DNA of 64,000 nt from Paraspadella gotoi (taxonomy: Eukaryota; Animalia; Chaetognatha), in the NCBI GenBank assembly GCA_051294375.1, contig JBJCIZ010000239.1:987721-1051720 (forward strand), given 5' to 3'. Each line of letters opens with the position of its first letter. Position 1 is the first letter of the stretch. Below the pieces are notes generated by a model, which saw only the letters and a list, made by a program, of their open reading frames with translations, ran no database searches and had not been told where the DNA came from. The translations under genes were made by a program, and so were the position numbers. Below, piece by piece: positions 1 through 12,565 of this stretch.

Positions 1-1105
1 GATGGAGAGAGAGAGAAGAGAGAGGAGAGAGGATGAGAGAGAGAGAGAGAAGAGAGAAGAGAGAGAAAAGAAATCTTTTTCCAGGTAGGGCGTGATCAAG
101 GGGGCAATCCTTAGGGCAACAGTCGGCGTGATCCTCCCATTTTCTTGTCTCACAAAGATCTTTTATGTGTATCTAATGCAGGAGGAGGAGGGGAAGAGGA
201 GGAAGAAGATGAGAAAGGACTAAATTCGAAAAATTTATGGATTCCTTTGCGCGGGCGACGTCGGCCAGCGTCGGCTTTGGTCGCCCACAACCGTCGGCTT
301 CCGTTATGACTTAAAATCACGGATTTTGATAGTGATAATAAACAACACCAACAACGAAAAAAACAAGGGCCAATAGTGAAGACCGAAACGACGACGACGA
401 TGACGATGAAGAAGTCGACAAAGTTCGACAATGAGGCTGACAAAAAAACAAAATGGAGCAAGATGATGATGATGATGATGATGATGGGTTTTTTTTCTCT
501 TTTTTTTTCTTATTATTGATTCGCATTCAGTTTGATTAAATGAAGTTTAGCCTTTTGTTTTCAAATAGGTTGGAGAAGAGCGCTCTCCTACTTTTCCTAG
601 TTAACGTCTTGAATTATGCAAAGGGGAAAAAAAAACAAAAGATACAGAGAAAGAGTTTTTGCTTTTACTCTTTATTTTTGTTTGGGGGGAAGAAAAAAGA
701 AAGAAAGAAAAATTGGTTTGTGTCTGGAGATGATTTATGACTCAGGTAGAGGGGGAAAGAGGGGGAGGGAGAGAGGGGGAGAGAGGGAGGAGAAGAGAGA
801 GGAAGGGATGAGAAGGGAGAGAGGATAAAAAAGTGAGGAGATGTACGAATAAGAGGAGGTAGAAAAAAAAAAAACGGAGATCAGTGGAAAAAAAGAAAAC
901 AGATGGATGACTTTCACGTCAGAGGGTAATCTGTACAGCAGCAGAGAGAGAGCAGAGAGAGAGAGAGAGAGAGACGAGAGAGAGACGGGAGAGAGAGAGG
1001 AGAGAGAGAGAGAGAGAGAGAGAAATGAAAGGAAGTGTGTAAATCTTGCGTTATGGTTTATGGGAAGTAAGAAAGAGTACGTGCCTTACTTGGTCGGGAA
1101 AGAAC

Positions 1106-1141
<36 letters not shown>

Positions 1142-1497
1142 CGAGAGAGGAGAGAGAAGAAGAGACGAAGAGAGAGAGAGAGAGAAACCAAATAGAGAGC
1201 GAGTATTTTATGAGGCGCCTCTTCGCTTCTCTCTCACTCGCTCGCCGTAGATTCGATGCTTCCGTCACTCTTGTCGAATAATAATTATATTTTTTTTATT
1301 ATATTTAAAGTCTATTTTTCTTTTCAATAAAACGTTTCATCTATATAAAAAAGGCTTATTGGTGCCGTAATATTGACCTGACGAAGGTAAGGACTTAATA
1401 AATCGATAAACTGTTAAGACCAGTTTATAGCTTAGTTATCTTTTTAATTTTTATCACTAACGTAAAACTTAATTGCATTTTCCCCTCCGATTTTCAG

Positions 1498-1578
1498 ATT
1501 ATCCTCTACCAACCTACGGCAGATCTGTCTGATTGGTGGGCATACGGGGTCCTCCTATACGAGATGCTGGCCGGCCAG
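1498..1578 (+). CDS. PRKCA: Conventional protein kinase C (alpha/beta type) kinase-domain exon, subdomain IX
   Basis: Flanked by ttttcAG (ends 1497) and GTgagg (1579). The 81 nt read [27 protein letters not shown]. Correcting a compensating -1/+1 indel restores [27 protein letters not shown], the cPKC motif recognised from memory. The symbol denotes the family; one-to-one orthology is not established. Confidence 0.9.
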
Positions 1579-1619
1579 GTGAGGGGATAGGAATGGTTGG
1601 GTGAGGCATACTTTTTTTC

Positions 1620-2105
1620 GTTCAATACATACCTTCAACATTCAATTCATTCTCCCTTCACTGCATTTAATGATTCATTCATTTAATTTTCATTCATGTC
1701 ATTTCATTTCCATTTATGGAATTCCTTCCTTTTTTTATTCCATTCATTTACTTCATTCATATCATTCATCATTCATTCATTATCATTCATTCATTCAATT
1801 GATTCAATCATTCATCATTTAGTACTTTAATATCATTCTTTTGCTTAAAACTGCAATACTTGTCATTCATGAATTAATTAATTTATTCATTCCTTTATCT
1901 ATTTAATTTTTCATTCATTCATTCATTCATTCAATTCATTTCATTCATTCATTCATTCATTCATACTTAATTATTCCTCTTTTAACACTCGATACTTTCA
2001 TTCATGAATTAATTTAATTTATTCATTCCTTCATATGCATATTTAATGATTCATTCATTCATTCATTCATCCTCCATTCATTCATCCCTTCCATTCATTC
2101 ATCCC
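1620..2105. repeat. Degenerate (CATT)n microsatellite in the PKC intron
   Basis: Runs of attcattcattc throughout the interval. Confidence 0.85.
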
Positions 2106-2116
2106 TTCCTTTCCAG

Positions 2117-2220
2117 CCGTCCTTCGAGGCGAGACAGGAGGAGCTCTTCTCGCTCCATCACGATCACGCCCGTCTCTTACCTCAAAGGAATGTCGTAAAG
2201 AGGCCGTTTCCATCTGTAAA
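2117..2220 (+). CDS. PRKCA: Next conventional PKC exon (PPFDGEDEEELF..ITDH.VSYPK.MSKEAVSICKG), with frameshifting indels
   Basis: Polypyrimidine tract and ttccAG end at 2116, with a GTGAGT donor at 2221. Fragments gaggagctcttc (EELF), atcacgatcac (ITDH), gtctcttacc..aaaggaatgtcg (VSYPKGMS) and gaggccgtttccatctgtaaa (EAVSICK) continue directly from the previous exon. The several indels are probably sequencing errors. Confidence 0.85.
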
Positions 2221-2467
2221 GTGAGTCATCTGTAAATGGATTCCAATCAGTTTGATTTCTGCTTTTAATGGACCGGTTAAGTCTGTCTATGTCATCTGTA
2301 AAGTGGGTGAGTCTCTGTAAAGAATTAAATCGTTTGATTTTTCCTGTTTTAATGGAGACCGGTAAGTGCTGTCTATAGTCAATCTGTAAAGGGGTGAGTG
2401 CATTCTGTAAATGGATTAAATCGTTGATTTTTCCTTTTTAATGAGACCGGTAAGTCTGTCTATAGTA
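2211..2467 (+). repeat. ~85 bp tandem repeat, 3 copies, spanning the PKC exon end and 5' splice site
   Basis: Unit catctgtaaa(ggg)gtgagt..ctgtaaatggattaaatcgtttgattt..ttttaatggagaccggtaagtctgtctatag starts at about 2211, 2293 and 2380. Confidence 0.85.
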
Positions 2468-3024
2468 TCTCTCTTCTTTGTTTNNNNNNNNNNNNNNNNN
2501 NNNNNNNNCTTCCCAAATCCCCCACGACGCCCCGCAACGCCCCTTCAGGCAGAACCTCCCGTCCGACGTCTTCCCGAGGTTGTTTTCGCTAGAAGATCGA
2601 ATCCTCGCGTCGAATCCGAGTGAAAATAATCGTCTGTCGAGTTTGTGTGGGGTGGGGTTTGTGGGGAGTGGGTCAGGTATGTGGGCGTGGCGGCTGTGGA
2701 GAGGTGGTGGAGAGGTGGTGCCGAGGTGGTCGGTGGTCGAGGGAAATGTCCAAAAGTGAAATTTAATATATTTTTTTTTCGAAATCTCCGAATTGATCAG
2801 AATCTCGAATGTTTACCACTTTAAGCTAGCATTGTTTAGTAAACATGTTTATTCATTTTACAGGTGTTATGCGTTGGAATTTATGGTTTCTTGAAAATTA
2901 AATTGATTATTTAAATTAAAATAAACGATAATGTTATTACCAAAATGCTAAATTTTCCCGAAAGTCAGTAGAAGTCAGTAGAAGTCAGTCTTCAGTAGAA
3001 TTTGTACACTTGACTCTTACATAA

Positions 3025-3150
3025 TACGTCATTATCTTGTAAGTTTGATGTAGGCCTTAAACCAGCAAAGCCTGTCCAAAGTCGGGGGCAAGATAGCTTA
3101 TTTATAGAAAGAATGGATAATTTTTATATTGGTTGTACCTATTTCATAAA
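3025..3150 (+). repeat. Dispersed repeat fragment, same family as 7130-7345
   Basis: gtcattatcttgtaag..ggccttaaac..caaagcctgtcc..ggggcaagat.gcttattta..gaatggataatttt..ggttgtacc.atttcata matches 7216-7341 closely. Confidence 0.75.
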
Positions 3151-3559
3151 ACGTAGCTAAGTTTCCTTTCAAGCCTTCAAGTAAGTCAGCTATATCACTA
3201 TGTAAAATTATTTAAATAAATTTGGGTTACTAGCAAAAAGTGTTTTTACTTATCTTACTAGTTTCCCAATTTCTGCTCCAAAACGTTAAGCTGTCATCAA
3301 CTGTCTTGATAGCCAATGCCAGACTCCGAATTACGCAGGCACCAATCCTGGAGTCAACGCCAAGATTACCGAGAGCGACGAAGACAAATTGCAAACGGTG
3401 GCCTAGGACAGAGGAGGTAGGCGAAGGAGGGGCAAGAAGGCAACTTTTCTCGATTTTCTGCTGATGTGCAGAATCGCAACCTTCGCCTTTTAAAATTCGC
3501 GGCGAGCGAAGCATCAATTCAAATTCTAGACTTCATCAATTCCGCTTAGTGGAGACTGG

Positions 3560-3659
<100 letters not shown>

Positions 3660-4200
3660 CCTCCAATCCAAATTTTTACCCCAAAAATAGAACTTTTCCC
3701 CTTTGGCTCAACCCGTCTCCATTTCATTACATAAAAGGAAAAAAAAGGTGACCATCTGGTTCCATCTGTTTTCCGTCTCTGATTTCATTCGCCGTCGATT
3801 TCTTTTCACCGAATTTTTTTTTATCTCACGTTCGCGCTTAAAATCAATTTTCTTTTTTTTTTCTTTTTCACTCTTGTACATAAAAAACAAGTTTGAGCAA
3901 ACAATGTCGGATCTGCCCACGATCATTATCGGTAATTAATTAATTAATAATTAATTAATAATTAATTCAAGTTAATTATTTAATTAATTAGGCAATTAAT
4001 TAATTAATTTGATCAGAAATGTTTGTTTTGATTGATTAATTGACTGATTAATTAATTATTGATTAATTAATTGACTAATTGATTAATTAACTAATTAACT
4101 AATTAATTATTTGATTAATTAATACATCTTGCATTTACATTTAAAATAAAAAGAAAAAGAAGCATAATCAATTAGTGAAATAGGTTCTTTGTTTTTTTCC

Positions 4201-4720
4201 ATTTAAACTCATTTCCACTCAAACGATTCCATCGAAACTTGATTTCCAGTTTAATCACACACTTTTCTACCCAAATACAAAATTTCAAGTCAATCGCCCC
4301 ATCCACTCATCAGTAATTGGTGTTCAAATAGTGAAATTTATTTTTTTATTTTTTCTATTTAAACTCATTTCCACTCGGACGATTCCATCGAAACTTCATA
4401 TACAGCTCAATCACACACTTCCCTACCCACACACAAAATTTCATTCCAATCCATCCATCCAATCACGAGTAATTGGTGTTTTTTGCTGAGGTGGGATGGA
4501 CAGACAGACAGACGGATGGACGGACGGACGGATGGATGGACGGACGGACGGACGGACGGACGGACAGATAGACAGACAGACGGACGGACATCGTTTTTTT
4601 TTACATAATTTATCATAATTTGATGTTCTGACATGATATAAGTGACTGCCCGACAATATTGAGGGGGCGGACTTACGGACCGACAAAGTGAATTATAGAG
4701 TCGGGATCTGCTGAAAAAAA
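4201..4720 (-). mobile_element. Helentron-associated (HINE/DINE-1-like) element with two ~156 bp internal tandem repeats and a (GGAC/AGAC)n microsatellite
   Basis: Repeat units start at 4201 and 4357 (atttaaactcatttccactc..cgattccatcgaaactt..caaaatttca..agtaattggtgtt). A (GGAC)n tract lies at about 4493-4590, followed by cggaccgacaaagtgaattatagagt, which is shared with other copies. The element ends in an A run (T run on the - strand). Confidence 0.6.
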
Positions 4721-7129
4721 GAAAGAAATCAAAAGGCAGCAGCAGAAGCAGCAGGAGAAAAGAGAGAAAAAGGAAGAGCCCCTGAATCAGCACTAAAAAT
4801 GATCATATAAATGATGCAAGTAAAAAAAATTATGTGAGTGGAAAAAATGATGCGAGTTGAAAAAATGATGCGAGTTAAAAAAAAAAATTGTGATTTATCA
4901 TCTGATTATCTGATTACCGCTTAATTATCGTAGGCAGATCCGACATTGTTTGCTCAAACTTGTTGAAAAAAATATTTACTTTATTTTACGAGCAATTCTA
5001 ATATGGTCTTAAAATTTAATAACAAATTAATTTCAATTCATTATAATATATAATATAGCTTAAAGGTTTCAAGTAATGTTTAAAATTATAAAAAAAATCA
5101 CAAGCTATTTTAAGACACTTTAATTGTACTTAGGCTAAAAGGGCAAAAAATCGTCTCTTACACTTGGATGGAACTTTCACGTCTTCCTGACCATTCTTGC
5201 CAGGTTAACCCAGTTTGTCCGATGCTGTGTTCAACTAAGAATCGACAGCTGCTTATTAAAGTTTTAAACATTGGGACAAATGGAACGATGCGGATGGAGT
5301 GGAGACCGGAGAACAGCTTGTGATCGTATTAGAGCTGTGGATGGCAACATCTTGTCAGCATTGTCTAGTCATTGTCTCTGTAGGGTTTGAACCCTCTTTC
5401 TTTCCTCCACTCTTGGGTGACTAGCCATCTCGTATAATGAGACATATATCTTCGGGAGTTTAATATTTTTATGAACTTAAAATAATTGATAATCAATGTA
5501 AATAAAAAATTCTTCATAGAGATTCGATCTCGGGACTTTCGACCCACATTAATTTGCTTAGTGGAAGCGCCACTCTGTTTCACAACATTAATATATTCAC
5601 TTTTACAATTTATCTATTGTAGTATGTCAATAACATTATTAAAACAAAAGACACTATAACACATATAGTTTAATAGGTGTCATCACTAGTACTATTATGT
5701 TCATTATTGTTATCTACATTTCCATTGTTAAGTCTTTAACCTTCACAAAATATTTCTCTTAATGTCATTTATGTTTACTACTTCATTCCTCATCGTGGAT
5801 AAGGCAGAGGGGTTCAAACAGTGATTCCAGTAAAAAATAGTATTGGGGATTCCCCAAAAGAGAAAAGTAAAATTTAGTTTCTGTAAACAGTAAGAGGGCG
5901 CAGTTAAAACTGTCCCCTTATAACCCGTTCAAACTGCGCCTTTTTGGACGGCGTAATACTTGCCATGACGCCCCTCTCGGCCCCCCCCCCCTCCATACCC
6001 CCAAATACCCTTTTCTATCGCCCTCCTTCAGCTTCAACCCCGTTTTCTCAACCCCCGGGCCGAGATTTATTCCGTCTGTTTAGGGTTTCCAATTCCTCTT
6101 ACGTTTTCTTACGCTCGAAAAAAAATATTTTTTTTCCTTTTGTCTTTTTTAAGCCATTTTTAAAAGCAGTAATAATTTATCTTTTTATCGATTATTCGCT
6201 TATTAATAAAAATATATATATTTAACAGGATGTTGACTTATACAAATAAATTAAAAGGTCTCAGAATTATATGAAAAATTGCAAGTTTACTTGTTTCACT
6301 AAATTAGACTTTAAAATCTTATATTAAAATTTTTAAATAAATGTAAGAGTTTAATATATTACTTCTCACAGAATATCTGTTCATTTAACCGCTGCAGTTC
6401 CTATAATTCAGAAGATTAACTATTCTACAAAAAACTGACATTTTTAATGTTATTCAATATATAATTCAAATTATATTTTACTCACCATATACACATAACA
6501 TAATTTCTAAAACTCATTTGTTAAACCTGGTTGAACGATGTCAACTCTTTCATCCGCTTTTAAATGTTATCCCTTTTTTTTATTTCCCTTTGTATTTAAC
6601 ATATTCAATTCATTTTTTTTAACTGAATAACAACCATGTTCAAAGATCTACGGTTATTGTTATCCTTCGCTTCATCCTCTTCCTCCTCCTCCTCCTCCTC
6701 CTCTTCCGTCGACTCGTTTCAATCCGAACAGAAAAGTCGACGATGTATGCGCCTTTCAATCTCATTTGCATAAAGCAGTTGTTGTCGCCTTGATTTCATT
6801 CTCTCTACCCTTCCCCCCCCCACTCTCCTCTCTGTCCATCTTCTCGTCTCTCTTCCTCCTCTCTCTCTACCTCTCCCTCTCATCCTCTCTCTCTTTCGCT
6901 CTTCATTCTTCGAACAACAATCGGTGTGGAGCTTCGCTTAAATGCAGGATGAGAAAGTCCACGTGAATATGTTACGTTACGGAAAATGAAACCCAATTTT
7001 TCAAGCCAACTTTCTCCACTCACTGTCAAGGCATATCTTAACTGATCAATATAAAATTTGAACATATAAATTACTTTAATATTATCTACTCACCTGTGAG
7101 TCAATTTCACATTAAACATTACACCACTT

Positions 7130-7345
7130 CGTTGATAGGGAAGCCAGGTTCTCTGGGAGTGAATAAACGAGACTGCGAGAGAGTCTTTGATTGAAAGCTT
7201 GCAGGGACCTGCGATGTCATTTATCTTGTAAGAGTGTGATGGAGGCCTTAAACTGCCAAAGCCTGTCCCAAACTCAGGGGCAAGATGGCTTATTTATTTA
7301 ATGAATGGATAATTTTCGTATCGGTTGTACCAATTTCATAGATAT
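7130..7345 (+). repeat. Dispersed repeat, possibly an LTR or other retroelement fragment
   Basis: Homologous to 3025-3150 and partly to about 13290-13360 (gagagagtctt..cctgcgatgtc). Contains AATAAA. The class is not determined. Confidence 0.6.
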
Positions 7346-8339
7346 TTATTAATTTATTCATTCAATGCCCCCCGTTCATATTATCCGCTCGACGAGGAAC
7401 ATTTTACAAATTCATTCGCGATGGGAAATTTTTGTGTTTTACTCTTCCACTCGATCTACCGAGAACACGTTGCACCTTCTCGTCGTCCGTCCGTCGTTCG
7501 TCGTCCGTGGGTTTTTGTTTTTTGTCAACAACTCCGGCCAAAAAAAAAACGGCATGGCGCCGCCATATCCGGCATCAGAGAACGCCCGAGCGCCGGCTCC
7601 GCTCGCTGCTCTCCGGCGACGCCTGGTCGGACGCGCCGCGGCGACCGGCCGCGTCGCGCGGCCGCGCCGCCGCGGCGACTAGAGTCTTTATGTGTTTGAA
7701 TCGACAATGACGACGACGACGACACAGCATGCACAACGTATAACGCCAGAAATGATTGAATTCTTCATGGGTCGAGCAGAGACGAAGAGAAGAGAGAACG
7801 AGCAAGAGACATCATTGACGTCAGAGAGAAGAGAGAGACCGAGAGCAGAAGAGAGACGATGGGGAATCCACAGTTAAAACAAGACGCGAGCGAGTTCGTC
7901 CCGACGCGCGATGACCGACAGACCGACAGACCGACAGACGGATTTTGAAGTCGGTCTGTTTGACTTTGACTTTGTCGGGTTGGATTTCTGTCATTCGGTT
8001 CGAGGCAGATGATTGAATTTTTTAAAAAGGATATCGATTCAAATAAATACTCATTTGTAGTAATAAAAAATTAAATATTACATACCAGAATAAGGAAAAA
8101 ATATACATACGTCTATATTTTAATAACATAAATTAAATATTAAAACTTTAAATATTAATATTATGAAATATAAAAATATAAAATAGCAAAAGAGTCGGTC
8201 GCAGATCATACGTAAAGAGGAACAATACATCAGCGCCAATAACCGGAACAGCAACGACTACAACAACTGCAATTTTACCACCTCAAATCTAACAACAACA
8301 ACAACAACAACAACAACAANNNNNNNNNNNNNNNNNNNN

Positions 8340-8374
<35 letters not shown>

Positions 8375-8828
8375 AGAAATCACGGGCGGAAACGTCTATC
8401 GTGATCAACAGTCTGTGACTTTTCGCTCTGGCGTCGTACTTGTTACGGTCCGTTCGTCTGTGCATCTGTCGGTTCCTCTCTTAATCCGTCCATCCTGTTC
8501 TTTATTTGCTTATGGTTCTCTAGTCGACTCCAATATTTCGTGAAGGTTTATCGATTGTCTGTAAACTATGAAATCTTCATGAGACTTTTTTTTTAAATAA
8601 ATGATTGATAAAATGATCGGAAATATATTTATCAATAATCATGATTCAAACCTAAAATATATTTTACAATTTACATACCGTAGAAATAGGTTTTTTGTAG
8701 CGTTTAAACTGTTTAAATATAAAGTAATGAAGCTTTAAAGCTTTAGATTTCATATAGAATTTGATCTTTTAAATTTTTTTAAAATATATTTTTGTGTTAA
8801 TTTCCTTTCGTTTCGTTGTTTTTGTAGA

Positions 8829-8938
8829 TTTATTTACAACGATTTTTATTTCACATAGATACATGTTTCGGCTTTATGAAGGCTTATACATAAAGCCGAA
8901 ACATGTCCCTATGTGAAATAAAAATCGTTGAAAATAAA
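8829..8938. mobile_element. Near-perfect hairpin (50 bp arms, 10 nt loop), probable Penelope-like element inverted terminus with a partial hammerhead motif
   Basis: Left arm 8829-8878 (tttatttacaacgatttttatttcacatagatacatgtttcggctttatg) pairs with right arm 8889-8938 (cataaagccgaaacatgtccctatgtgaaataaaaatcgttgaaaataaa) with about 3 mismatches. TGAAGGC..GCCGAAAC..AATAAA resembles PLE pseudo-LTR ends. Confidence 0.6.
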
Positions 8939-9885
8939 CAAATAAACTTTGTTTTTCTCTAAAAATATATTTTAAAAGAAAAACTTAAAAAAATAACGCA
9001 AATCCGAGGAAAATAATTTTAATCTTTTTTTTTTCACGATTCACTTGTCTCGGCCTTCGAATAAATTTTAAAATAAAGATATTCTTCCGCCCCCCCCCTT
9101 CTACGCCCCCGCCTCCAAATAATAATCGAATATCGTTCTTATTCATTCTTTTATTCATTTGATCGCATTCATTTCCTCGGATTTCAATTCATCCGCGGGA
9201 GGGCGCTTCGGATTATTCGGGTCCCGACGTCCCGCGTCGCCCGTCGATCAAGATTTTCCCGTTTTTTGTTTTGTTTTATTGTTGAGAAAAAAACGAAACG
9301 ATATCGAGGAGGAAAAACAAAAAACAAAAACGAAAGGAAAACGAAACTAATATATAGCTTTTTGAAGGCTGTTTTGTCATATAAAAGATTTTCATGCACT
9401 AATACGTTGTTAACTTTTAAAATTTCAGAATCATTTGTTTCACGAACATAAGGTTTTTTCAAATTTTAAAATATTACTTTTTTATCCATTTTTTTATTAT
9501 AAATTTTTTCAATTATAAAATATTAAATCAAATATTATATATCTATTATTGGTATCGGGATGTTAGCGTTGACTTCTTGAAATAAAGGGATCATCCTTAC
9601 AACACAGTGTTAGATTATTTTCTGCTTGATGACTTTAGGCCTCTGTCCCTCCACTCAGGTTGTTAATGGTATAATGGGTATAATGTTAATATAAGGTATT
9701 TTAGTAGTTAATTATTGATATGGTTATCAATGGTTACAATATTTTTTAAACGGTTGAGATGTTTCTGTTTCTTTCCCTCCAATTTTCTTCCGTCGCCGAT
9801 GATTGAGTTTTCGGCGTCACGCAACTTTTGTTGTGAAGGGGGAGGACGTGATTCAACCGTCACGGAATCGGCGCCGGTGAGAGAG

Positions 9886-9958
<73 letters not shown>

Positions 9959-10063
9959 ATAAAACTGGGCCGCGTTTGTTTACGACGCTTTTTCCAACCG
10001 ACAAACGAGAATTTTCGTGTTTTTTTTCCTTCGGCGATGAAGAAGCAGAAGACGGTGGAGAAA

Positions 10064-10111
<48 letters not shown>

Positions 10112-10200
10112 TATTGTTTTCTTGGTTATAAACTTGAACCATCGACCGTAAGCTCAACTGAGCGTTTTTGAGTATGCCAATTAACATAATTATAATTTAA

Positions 10201-10275
<75 letters not shown>

Positions 10276-12280
10276 ACTAATTAATTAATTAATTAATTAA
10301 TCATTTAACCAATATATAGATAGATTCGATTTTTTTTGCCCCACATTCGAGAAAGTCCCTCTCGTATTCGAACTCCTAACAAGTTTCCTTAGATCGATTA
10401 TCGCAAAATCTATCGTTTGTATTTTCTTTGTTTATTTGTATTGATTTGTCTACGTTACGTTTGGAAGCGTTAAACGTTGTTTACGGTAGAGGAGATAAAT
10501 AGGAAGAGCATTTTAAAAGTGAAAGCCATAAAAATGATATTTAGAAATTTAGGAAAAAAAGTAAATCTTGATTTTTTGGAATCCAGAATTTAAATTTTAT
10601 AAAAAGTTTTAATTATAACTCAGCTTTTCAGTTTTAACTCGATTCCCAAGAAACCCCTTAAAAGAATAAACCAATTTTCGATCGATTTTCCCTCGAAATT
10701 TCATTCCCTTAAGATCTCAATTCTTTCCTTTCGATACCTTTAAAGGTTAAGAGGAAAAAGGGTATGGAAGGTCCCAAGAGAGACAAAGAATTTAATAGGC
10801 AAATCAGCTCCTCATCGTTCCGACGAGACGTGGTTGACCGAAATACTATGAGGCCCGGTTCCGCGCATTTTGCCCGATGTGGAATAAAATGAGGGCCTCG
10901 CAGGAATTAATGATGAAAAAGAAAAAAGAGAGAGAATTGAGGAAGGAAATGAAATTAACGAGAAACAATTTGAAGAGAGAAAAACGGTGGAGAGAGAGAG
11001 AGGGAGAGAGAGAGAGAGNNNNNNNNNNNNNNNNNNNNNNNNNNNNNNNNNNNNNNNNNNNNNNNNNNNNNNNNNNNNNNNNNNNNNNNNNNNNNNNNNN
11101 NNNNNNNNNNNNNNNNNNNNNNNNNNNNNNNNNNNNNNNNNNNNNNNNNNNNNNNNNNNNNNNNNNNNNNNNNNNNNNNNNNNNNNNNNNNNNNNNACAC
11201 TAAATCCACAGTAAATGTTTGACCGTCCGTGCTGTAAAACGCATCACAATTTCCAGTTTCCTTCTTATTTATGATTAATATTTTCTTGTGACGAGATTTT
11301 TCGCTTTAGTAAAAAAAATACGACTTCTTTCCTTTTTTTTCTCTACGACTTTTTTTCCCTATTTTTTCTAATAAACCACATAAATTGTGCTTCTTTTCCT
11401 TCTGCGGTAGAAGCATATAGAAAATGTTGTTTCTACTTTCGTCGTCGTCTTCGTCGTTATCTCAGCGAAAAAAGAGATTGTAAAAAAATCCAAAGTGGCA
11501 ATACAACGGTGAAATATTATCGACATTGACGTATTGCGAGCGTAAAAATGCTCGTTACTTTTNNNNNNNNNNNNNNNNNNNNNNNNNNNNNNNNNNNNNN
11601 NNNNNNNNNNNNNNNNNNNNNNNNNNNNNNNNNNNNNNNNNNNNNNNNNNNNNNNNNNNNNNNNNNNNNNNNNNNNNNNNNNNNNNNNNNNNNNNNNNNN
11701 NNNNNNNNNNNTACTCGTAATTCTGTTCAAATCATGTTAAGCTCTCCTCCGCCTCAGCATAGGATTTACTCCTCGATTCTTTATAATTCATTGCTTTATT
11801 CAGTACTATATTACTTTCTCTGTTTTATGCTCATTTTTCTTAGATTTAGCCACAATTCAGATACACTTACTTAGCTATCTGCATTCCTTAACATCTCCTT
11901 ACCTTTCCCAACCTCCCAATCTTTAACTCACCTACCTCACCCCGCCTTCCATCCTTCTTTCACACACCCAAACGACCGCCTTCACTCCATCCGACCCGCC
12001 TCCACAACCTGATCCACTTTTGACAGGCCACCTCCCCTTATCCACACCAAACCATGATCATAACCCCCGCGCCCCTGCGGCCCCGCCCCTACGCCCCTGC
12101 GGCCTCTCGCTCGCCCGTCCTCCAAACCCGCCCCTCGGCATCAGTCTTCGGTCAGCTCAATCCGGTCTGCCCCCATGAAGGCTGTCAATTCGTTCGTCAA
12201 CGCGTCTCCAGCATCTTCTTTTATTTTCCTTAATATGTAGTCGGGCATTGCAATATGTTAAGCACGTTACCTTCAGACAT

Positions 12281-12565
12281 GACCTTATGGCTCATTGAGT
12301 AATACCATCAGCTCATGACCATTAGGTACCGGGATCGATTCCCAATGGTACCTACTCTGGGGGAAACGAGAGGACGGCCGTAAACCGACTTGGGAGCCTG
12401 GAAAAACCCCCCAAAGCTTGGTTCCAAGCCCAAGACGCGTACCATTGCTGCTGAGGGGGCACATAATATACGGATAGTAGTCTACAGCCCGTTTAGTGCC
12501 TTATCCGCAAATATCCTTCCCTTGCTACTCCTCCTCCTCCTCCTCCTGCTCCTCCTCCTCCTCCT
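12281..12565 (+). mobile_element. tRNA-derived SINE
   Basis: Pol III A-box-like tggctcattgag at 12288-12299 and B-box-like ggatcgattcc at 12332-12342, in tRNA spacing. These are followed by a ~190 nt unrelated body and a (CTC)n tail. Confidence 0.55.

Noticed and set aside
1375-1420. CTGACGA hammerhead core
   Set aside because: No properly placed stem II plus GAAA follows, and the region is noisy.
5320-5365. RIRAVDG(K)HL resemblance to the Harbinger transposase CIGAIDGKH motif
   Set aside because: It needs two substitutions and an indel, and I saw no supporting flanking motifs or TIRs. A blastx search would be needed to revive it.
7540-7690. Very GC-rich island with overlapping Arg/Ala/Pro ORFs
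   Set aside because: All frames are open because of GC content; there is no recognisable domain or splice structure.
12281-12355. Functional tRNA gene
   Set aside because: The A and B boxes are degenerate, acceptor-stem pairing is poor and no oligo-T terminator follows. It is better explained as a SINE head.
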